This document shows, piece by piece, positions 55,233 through 64,000 of a stretch of 64,000 bases of DNA. The stretch spans positions 35,588,001 through 35,652,000 of the forward strand of contig OZ336872.1 in assembly GCA_965287045.1 (NCBI GenBank), in the 5' to 3' direction. Both the position numbers and the translations under genes were made by a program. Position 1 is the stretch's first letter; every line of letters starts with the position of its first letter. The notes beneath the pieces were generated by a model. That model had not been told where the DNA came from and did no database searches. It saw only the letters and a list, made by a program, of their open reading frames with translations. This DNA comes from Carcharhinus amblyrhynchos (Eukaryota).

Positions 55233-57059
55233 ATAGGGTAAACCTCGGGAGACACCGGAAGGGCAGGCTGTATAACTAATATGTTTTGTCTTTATTCCAC
55301 AGGTGGAGGTCCACCTCGTGTCAAGCGAGGGGCATGCACACGGCGGGTTGTGCGTGGGCTGCTCTTGGAAGTCCAGGAGTGGCCTAGTACTTCATGTCGG
55401 TGTGTGTGCTTGATCCTGGACCGATAGACGGGCTCCACAACAGCTCAGTGACTAGCACTGCTAGCTGTGCAGATACATGGATTTGGGCCTGTGTCTGTGG
55501 GAGTTTGCGCATTCTCCCTGTGGTTGCGTGGGTTTCCTCCGGGCGCTCCGGTTTCCTCCCACACCCCAAAGATGTGCTCTTAGGCTAATTGGTTTCCACC
55601 AAATTGACACTATTTCTTCCCTGAATCTGACTGAGTAGGGTCCCATTCGTAGACACGCAGGGTAGAATAGGTGTAGGGCGATGCGGCGGCGCGGGCTCGT
55701 TGGGCCGAAGGGCCTGTTTCCCGTGCTGGGTTGTTCTTTGTTCTTTGTTCTTTATATTTTCATGATATTTCTTTATTATTCACTACATTATCTGCTTTCT
55801 TCAACTCCACAACAGTTGAGAACTTTTCAATAACCTGAGACCCAAAGACTTACCATACAACACTTCTACTTACTGAAGTAGTTTCAGAAAAGGAAAGGTT
55901 TTGTTAATGAATGTTGAGATTCATTAATTTTTTCAACAAGTTTCTGCTTGTTGTGCAGACATTTTATGCGACTAGAGGCAAATAGAATTAAGATGAGGAG
56001 TTGTTGAATGAAAAGCATGTGCGAGGACAGAACTGTTAATTTCTAGCTTCTAGCCATAATTCTGTCAAGCCATCACAGTGACTCTGATTTTACCTCCAGT
56101 GGGCTTTGGATGGGTTAGAAATGGGGTGAATTTGAAACTCAGTTGCTGTGTGATAGATAACAGGCCTGGAGTATGTTAACTCCTGGGTTACATTACAATT
56201 TCACAGGTGGTTTCACATCTGATTCTCTGACACAATGGGAAATCTGCCTACTCTCAAACTTCAATTACTGTTGCATAAGCCAGAAATCTATTTAAAGACG
56301 AATGTACTTCTTAAAGAAAGTTGCATTTACTTCTGGAAAATTACACATTGCAGTGGTGCAGGACGAAACCGGGTTCGAACATGAGGCTCTCTGAAGCTTT
56401 CTTGGAGATCCAATTGGAACAGATCAGGATGAAGCACAAAGTCTCTTTCCAGTCAGAGGGAGGAGGATCTCAAAACACAAACTACCAGGCATGCGATTGT
56501 TAGCCGCAAGAATATGACCACCTGGATTTGGATGTAGTACAGGATGCATTTCAAAGAGCTCACAAGGGAACTGGAGTGAGTGTAGCTCATTTCTCCATCC
56601 TTTGTAACATCACACAGCAACAGCCCTTTTCTCTTCCTCCAGTGCCCAACAATTCCCTCCCCTTCATTTCAGGGAAAACAAAAATGCCAAATACTATGAA
56701 TGATGGAAATTAAAAGTAGAATTTTCTGTTTTCCTTACAGGGGAAAATTATCTCATTACATATATGTTTACCTTTTATTGGCAACATTCTTGATTCATGT
56801 GGTTGCCTTTGCAGAATCAGCATCTTCTCTCATCACTCAATTCTCACATATGCTTTTCATTCAACCCACTTAATTCTATTTGCTTTTATTCAATATTTAA
56901 TATTTGCACAAATAGAAGCCCCAATATCTACACTTCACATGGATAGTGCACAACATAAGGGAAAGGAAAAAGACAAAGCACCTGCCAACTTTACATACTT
57001 TATTGAGTTGGACAAGCAAATACTGGCAATGAATGTCAGAGGTGTCAGAATAAAACAGA

Positions 57060-57407
57060 CTTTTTTATTCATTCACAGAACATGGGTGTCGCTGGCTTGC
57101 CAGCATTTGTTACCCATCCTTAATTGCCCTTGGAGGGCAGTTGAGAGTCAACCACATTGCTGTGCTCTGGGGTCACTTGTAGGCCAGACCAGGTAAGTAC
57201 AACAGATTTCCCTCCTTAAAGGAGATGGGTTTTTCTGACATTTGGCAATGGTTTCATGGTCATCTGTAGATTCTGAATTCAATAAGAAAAAAATCTGGAA
57301 TTAAACGTCCACCATCTGCTGTGGCGGGATTTGAATCCAGGTCCCCAGAACATTAGTTGAGTTTCAGGATTAGTCTAACGATAATACCACTAGGCCATGG
57401 CCTCCCC
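57060..57407 (-). mobile_element. SacSINE1-like DeuSINE (tRNA head, Deu domain, L2-type tail)
   Basis: Minus strand: ggggaggccatggcctagtggta...ggattcaaatcccgcc, atgaccatgaaacc...ggagggaaatctg...acctggtctggcctac...agcaatgtggttgactct, tail gaatgaataaaaaa. Confidence 0.8.
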
Positions 57408-58365
57408 TGTTACAAAAATGATCTCTATAACATCATATGGATCTTTATGTGGATCTCAGAAAAATGCACAATTATGCATTAATTGCCTTAATGTGCATTT
57501 CAATGCATGCCACTCGTTACTGTCCAAGTTATCAGCATTATGTTAATCTTCTTCTAGAGGTCCACCTTAATAGCTATAGAAAAAAACATTTCAGGACTTG
57601 ATTTCTTTTCAGGAGACACCATCGTCAGCTGAATCATTCTCATGCAGCAGCACTGAAATTGGCAATTAAGCTGGGTTAGGGAGCAAGTTCGTGCACATGA
57701 TGACATACCCACTACCACTAAGTAGCAGCAGGAAATTATGGCAGGGGCACAGGCAGCTTATCTGGGAACAAGGCATTTTATCAGCTCTGTTGAGGATGAA
57801 GTGAGTTCTCATTGCATCCGCAGGCTGGAGTCTGTGCTGAAGTTTTTGTGGAATTTAAATGGTTGGCATGCATGCTATAGACTCAAACTCGTCCTTTGGC
57901 TTAGAGGGACAGATCCAATCTTGGGGAGATTGGTGGGACTGCAGAAGATGCAACAGAGTTACATTCCCTCACTTGTTTGAACATTTTTCCTTAGTCTGGG
58001 CCAAGTACCATTGATCTGAGTTGTTCTAGTTTCCACCTCTTAATTTTGTTCCAAACCTCTCTGGCCTCTGCTCCATTGCTCACTGTTTCCACTCACTCAA
58101 GAAATAGAGCCAGGGGAGTATGCCCTTCTGCAGAAAGGTAGTGACAAAACTTTGGATCTCTTCTATGGCAGTATCTGAAAATCACTTTCAACTCACCAAA
58201 CATTGTGTGTACCATTCAATTTCAACTTTTACAAGTTCCAGTACATGATGTCAACAATATTAGTAAGATTTTTTTATCATGCCTACAAAAATTAGATTCA
58301 TAATGCTCACTTTGAGTCCATGCCTGTTTTCCTGACTGCTATCACAATGACTGTACAATCAAACA

Positions 58366-58590
58366 TACGAATTAGGAAGCAGGAGTAGACATTTGGCTGC
58401 TCAAGCCCGAGATCATGGCTGATCTGATTTTGATCCGAATTCCACATTCTTGCCCACCACTTTGTTTATCAAGAATCTATCTAGCATTGCCTTAAAAATA
58501 TTCAAAGAATCTGCTTCCACTGCCCTTTGAGGAAGAGTGTTTCAAAGGCTACACTCCGAAAAAGATTCTACTCATCTCTGTCTTACATGA
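58366..58590 (-). repeat. Old CR1 3'-end fragment
   Basis: catacgaattaggaagcaggagtag...agatcatggctgatctg...tctgcttccactgcc is the reverse complement of a CR1 tail and ORF end. Confidence 0.7.
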
Positions 58591-58595
58591 CTGAC

Positions 58596-58730
58596 ATGAT
58601 GTGGAGATGTTGGCATTGGACTGGGGTAAACACAGTAAGAAATCTCACAACACCAGGTTAAAGTCCAACAGGTTTATTTGGTAGCAAATGCCACCAGCTT
58701 TCAGAACACTTCTCCTTCGTCAGGTGGCAT
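58596..58730 (-). mobile_element. Penelope-type pLTR fragment containing a hammerhead ribozyme fold
   Basis: Minus strand: atgccac CTGACGA agga gaagtg ttct GAAA gctg gtggcat...aataaacctgttggactttaacctggtgttgtgag. Confidence 0.75.
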
Positions 58731-59310
58731 CTTGGCAATGCTCACAGGACACGGGACAGTGCCAAGGGGCAGGGATTGTCCCACTGCCACTCTGCATAGG
58801 GATTGTTTGGGAGGGGTTGGGGGAAAGGGAGGGAGGCCATCAATTGGGGCTGGCCATGAAGGTGGGGGGCGGGAATGAGGTTCAGGATTGCCAGTGAGAG
58901 GGAATGATTTGGACGGGGGAACGGGGGAGGAGATTGGGGCTGCAGGGGTGGGGGGATGGTGTCAAGGCTGAGCCAGACATGCATGGGGCGCCAGTGATCG
59001 GTCTGTTGGTGGGTGAAGAGCCGGCTTTGCAGGGGTTGCGAGGCTGGCCAGTGATTGGGAGGCCAGCAATGCAGGACCACTGTGCATGCGCTGATCTCGG
59101 CGCCTACAGATTGGCACAGGTGCAGTGGCCCACTCACTGCTAGCCTCCAGTGGGAATAGGCTCCACCCACTGAATTCTGAAGTGAGTCAGGCTATTGTAC
59201 TCTGCAGTGCACACAGTGTGGTAGATTCTTTTTTAAACTCCCACTGAAAAAAACAGCTTGGTTTACTCCAGTTTTCACGCGAATTCAACACTTTGGGAGA
59301 AGTCCACCCC
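58731..59310 (-). mobile_element. Non-autonomous DNA transposon end fragment (family of 30642-31015)
   Basis: Reverse-complement similarity to 30642-30915, including the terminal ggagaa.t....cccc. Confidence 0.65.
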
Positions 59311-61000
59311 TGATTTTTCCAGTCTATATGTAAACCAAAGTGCCCCTTAATCATCATTTTTACCTTTCTCCCATTATTTCCTCCATTATACTATGTCCTA
59401 CTGAGTGGTTACTATTGACTTGTACACCACTCCCCTGTGTGACTTTTTGCCTTTTATCATTTCTCATCTCTACCCAAACTGCTTCAACATCCTGGTTTCC
59501 TGAACTTAAATCATCTCTCTCTAATTTGCTAAGTCATCATTAATTAACAGATCCATCCCTCCACCTTTACCTAGCTTTCTGGACTTCTTAAATGTTATAT
59601 AACCTTCAAACTAAAGATTCCTGTCAACCTCATAATGCAGTCATGACTCTCTAATGTCTACGCAGCCATGTCTCTGCAATGGTTAACAGGTCATACTTAT
59701 TTATACTCATCCGCACAATCAGTTCATCCGCTTTGTTTTGAATGCAGATACAGAGCCTTTAATTTTGTTATTATTGTTACATCTAGTCTTGATTGCTGAT
59801 TTACTCTTAGGTTTGTATTCTCTACCTCTTCCTATCACATTGTTTATTATTTCTAACATTAATACCCTTTCTTTTCGCCTTGTTTCTTTGGGCTACCATA
59901 TTCTCTCAAATTTCATTCCTTGCCCCCCACTATTTTGTGTCAAACCCTTGCTACTTCCCTAGTTATATGGCTCACTAGAGCACCAGCCCCAGTGTGGTTC
60001 AGGTAAAAACCACCCCAACGATGCAGCTCACACTTCTTCCAGCACTGTGCCAGTGCGCTCCTAAATGAAACCCACCTCTCCCATGCCAGTCTTTGAACCA
60101 CCCATTAATTTCTCTAATGTTATTTGCCATATGCCGATGTGCACATGGCTTAGGTAATAAACCAATAAACTTACCGCAGAACTGTTTGCCCTAGATCACA
60201 AAAAAATCTAATGCTACCTTGACATATGACCTTCCCTGCCATCTTTAATGCATTGTAATAGCTACTCAATTATTTATTTTGCTTTTTAAGTGCTTTACAA
60301 CTCTCACCACCAATTCCTGTACTATTTTAAACTTTTGCGATGGAATAGACCTTAACCGTCTACAAAATACTTTCCAAGCTTCTTCCCCAACCAACAACTT
60401 TGTTGTGATGTCACCATTTATTTTTTGTACTCTTCTTTTGACCTCAGTGTGAGGCCTGTTCTAAGCAGTGAACTGATATGTCTCACTGACTCCCAGGTAA
60501 GTGGAGGTCTGAGCCTTGGTTCTGATTTGTATTCTCCTGCTCCGGGCTAGTTCCTTGCCAGTCCATTACCTCTCCAACTCCCAGATAAATCCCAACTCTC
60601 AGGCAATGTGCTGACAGCCGCTTATCCTTTAATGTCTCTCAGTATGTCAAGGCCTGGCTAACCTATTTATACCTGCTTTTGATACATCTGCAAGACTGAC
60701 ACATCAATGGAAAGGTGATACATGATCTGAAGCACTAGTACCATCATCGAACACTGATTCAATTATTGCTTTCGATGCCTAGACAGTAATGGCATTTTTA
60801 TTTTAGGACAGTCTACAAATAGTCTCACACATTATGGCCATCTGCTGCATTCTGCACAGCTTTGCAATGGAGACAGCTGATGGGCCTCAGTATCAAGTAC
60901 ACTGTGTGCTCTGATGAAGAATGTCCCAGTGACAGGGAGGAGGTGGCAGAAGCAGGATGGTGGTAGCACCAACTTTCAGGCAGAGTACTTTGGAAACACT

Positions 61001-61190
61001 AGAGTCATAAAGGTTTACAGCATGGAAACAGGCCCTTTGGCCCAACTTGTCCATGCCGCACTTTCCTTTTAAATCCATAAGCTAGTCCCAATTGCCCACA
61101 TTTAGCCCAAATCCCTCTATACCCATCTTATCCATGTATGTGTCCAAATGCTTTTTAGAAGACAAAATTGTACCCGCTTCCACTACTACC
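61001..61190 (-). repeat. CR1 3'-end fragment
   Basis: cagcatggaaacaggccctttggccca...tccatgtatgtgtccaaatgc...cccgcttccacta. Confidence 0.75.
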
Positions 61191-61529
61191 TACTAATACT
61201 TTAGCTGAACCACTCCATCACTCCCACATTAACATTCCTTTTCTCCAGATCTATCAGTCCTCCACTCAACAGCAAAGTACTTTCAAATGTTGACCATCAT
61301 TGACATGGATTATCCCTGCTTGTGCAAAGTCATTGATAATAGAATCACAATGCAGACAAAGTCATAAGTTATAAATGATTGCAATTTTAATGGCTGACAT
61401 ATTTGCGAAAAAATATTTTCACCTGTATTTAACTCTTAATATTTTCCTAAGCACCTCTTGAATATTCTTGCACTTAGTTGTTTGATAGTAGAGTGTGGGT
61501 ATTGCTGAACAACATTTTTTACTCATCAG

Positions 61530-61900
61530 GATAGCTCAGAAGAATTTTCCAACAGTAATTATTCTGCATAAGAAGAGAGTGCTGACTGGTCAGCAAGTAG
61601 ATTCTGATTGCTGGAAGCCTTGCCATGGAGAATGCAGCATGGAACAGTTAACTGCCCAGCTTTGTTCTAATTCAAATTGGGCAGGCTGACTCTGGTCAAG
61701 ACATTGCCCCATGGAATGAACCAAACAATGACTCTTCCCTAAGATTTTGTTTAGTTGAAAAAAGGTCTGCAAAGTATAGGGTCCTGCGTGTGAATATCTG
61801 TGGCTTCTAGCACTGAGAGTCTGAATGACAATCTTAAATTGGTTTTCAATGTAATTCTTAGCACAAACAGGATCATTTAGCAGGTATTGTCCAATTTGTG
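61530..61900 (-). mobile_element. Penelope-like element 3' fragment (GIY-YIG C-terminus)
   Basis: Minus strand reads IGQYLLNDPVCAKNYIENQFKIV ... VLEATDIHTQDPILCR (with a deletion), like the PLE endonuclease C-terminus. Confidence 0.65.
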
Positions 61901-63239
61901 CACTCCTTTGAGAAGTTCACCTAGTGGCTTCAGCTTGGGTGCCAGATGGCTATTGTTGATGTTCAGCTCATTATTGCAAATCTCAGAGGTTGGCTGCAGA
62001 ATGCTGCCAAGGTGGTATGGCCTAGCTGGTTCCCTCGCATCATATAAGGCATTGTTTGATGGGGTAATGAGAGAACAGATGTGAATCAGCTATTAGGAAG
62101 TGAGAGAGAATGTACGGTGTACAGAATGATTTATCAAGTTATATAGTTCTTCCTTTCAAACAGTAAACATCTGGCTCCTGCTCTATTCTGCCCCACCCCC
62201 TCCCTTCCTTCTCCAACAGGAAATCTGGAACGCTTGGGTGAAAACCCTGTTTTTCTTTTGCAAACCTGCATTCTAAAATTATTTTACCCAATTCTAAAAA
62301 CTAACTTTGAAAATCAGTGAATAAAATCAATAGGAGTGGAGAACAGGCTCATCATTTGGAGTTTATTCTGAATATTTTTTGAAAATGTTGAAGTGCTGCC
62401 AATCCTGGAAACATTAAATTATGTATTTGAGGAAATATTTTTGTGTGAATTATTTTTACTTCCTACGCTAAACAGAAGAAGCATTTAGACTGGTTCATCA
62501 CAGTAAAGATAGCGTTAATCCTTTTGCACTCGCACATATATAGAACATGTAAACTGACAACTGTATCTTCAAACTAATGATAATGAGGCACATTAGACAA
62601 TTCCATTTTCCTTCCTTTTTTTAATTCTTTCATGGGATGTGAGCATCACGAACAAGGCTTACATTTGTTGTCCATCCCTAACTGCCTTTGAGAAGGTGAT
62701 GGTGATTTACCTTCATGAACTGCTACAGTCCAAGTGGTGTGAGTGCAACCAAAGTGCTGCTAGAACAGGAGTTCTAGGTTTTCGACTCAGTAACAGTGAA
62801 GCCATAAGTGTAATTCCAAGTCTAGGTGTGAGACTTGGAGGGGAATTTGCATGTTTCCATATGTCTGCATGCACTGTCCTTCCATCAGTCCTTCAGCTGA
62901 GTGTCCATCAAGAACATCACAAAAACACCAACCCAACATGCCACAGCATGATTAGCCAATGATTATCACCTGACTGAATAAATCAGCATCAAATCCTTTA
63001 TATTCAAATTTCCACACCAATGACACAACTTCCCTTCCTAATCTGCATGCTAACTAATACTGTAAATGGTTCCCATTCTTCACCCCTTTCCTCTCAAAAC
63101 TTGCTGTTATCAACTTTCTCCTCAAAAATTACCTTGGTTCTTCTGTCATTGAAAAACTTCTCTTTCCTCTCCAAAATCATTGAAAATCCTGCTATATTGC
63201 AAATACTTGTCTAGCTTGCCCATTATTTTCCATTTAAGT

Positions 63240-63475
63240 TTACTTATTAGTGTCACATTAACACACCAATGAAGTTACAGTGAAAATCTCCTCATTGCCA
63301 CGCTCTGGTGCCTTTTGGGCACACTGAGAGAGAGTTAATTTAGGCAATGCACCTAACCAGCACGTCTTCCAGACTGTGGGAGCAAACAGCAGCACCCAGA
63401 GGAAACCCATGCAGACACGGAGAACATGCAGACTCCACACATACAGTGACCCAAGCTGGGAATTGAAGCCAGGCC
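63240..63475 (-). mobile_element. V-SINE with the alternative tail (family of 9397-9688)
   Basis: ttattagtgtcacattaacacaccaatgaagttacagtgaaaatc ... cagacacggagaacatgcagactccaca. Confidence 0.85.
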
Positions 63476-64000
63476 TGATGGACTTTAATTTAATTGCACT
63501 ATTTTCAATCTCAAATGCATTAATACATAGGAAAGCACCTGCATTTTTCAAATTTTTAATATTTAATTATGTTTAAAGATACAAGGGTAAAATAGCTTCA
63601 ATTCTTACCAGTCTAAATTCAAATTGGAAATTATCTCAAAACTTGATGTTATTTGAGGTTAATAGGCTAATGACTATATTCATACTATCAGTAATACCGT
63701 AAAATAGATGAACGCTTAAAATCAAGAGAAATGTAAAAATCATAAGTTGATAGATTTTCAAACATCAGCCAATATAGATTTACAGCCAGTTTAGAAACCT
63801 TAAAAATAACTTAATGAACCTTTAATAGATCTTTAAAAAGGTACATTAATGTGTCAGGAAATTCCTTACAAAAGCCTTTGAAATACAAATCCTGTTATTC
63901 ATTTATGACCATTGTCCACATTCTCTTTCCAAGGGCCAATTCACCTGCAGCACAAGGCATGGTGCAGAACTTGGACCTCAAACTTGTTGGGTGCCTGGCT

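Larger units (their letters stand above)
51561..55753 (+). mobile_element. Near full-length CR1 LINE (5'-truncated within ORF1), with an unusually long 3' UTR
   Basis: ORF1 remnant, ORF2 with one frameshift, ~520 nt 3' UTR ending gggccgaagggcctgtttcc...(ttctttg)n. Confidence 0.97.

Noticed and set aside
55620-55670. Possible hammerhead in the CR1 3' UTR (ctgactgag)
   Set aside because: Does not fit CUGANGA and has no downstream stem II plus GAAA.

Overview
Vertebrate nuclear DNA, almost certainly from a cartilaginous fish (shark): the repeats are HE1-like V-SINEs, a SacSINE1-like DeuSINE and HER1-like CR1 LINEs. The window holds six coding exons of PRICKLE2 on the minus strand (PET domain plus three LIM domains). 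The ORF track misses these because they are spliced; I found them by translating between GT-AG sites, and the last exon runs off the left edge. The introns hold four recognisable CR1 LINEs (one nearly full length), a decayed DIRS element with its terminal and ICR signatures, Tigger/pogo and Harbinger relics, Penelope fragments with degenerate hammerhead ribozymes, Rex1-, L2- and Vingi-like fragments, and many SINEs and MITEs. The most unusual structure is the ~520 nt 3' UTR of the near full-length CR1 (55233-55753). It contains an intron-like GT-AG unit, a run of hairpins and a well preserved V-SINE central domain ahead of the normal CR1 tail. All calls were made by eye: exon boundaries are base-level, old repeat boundaries are approximate.
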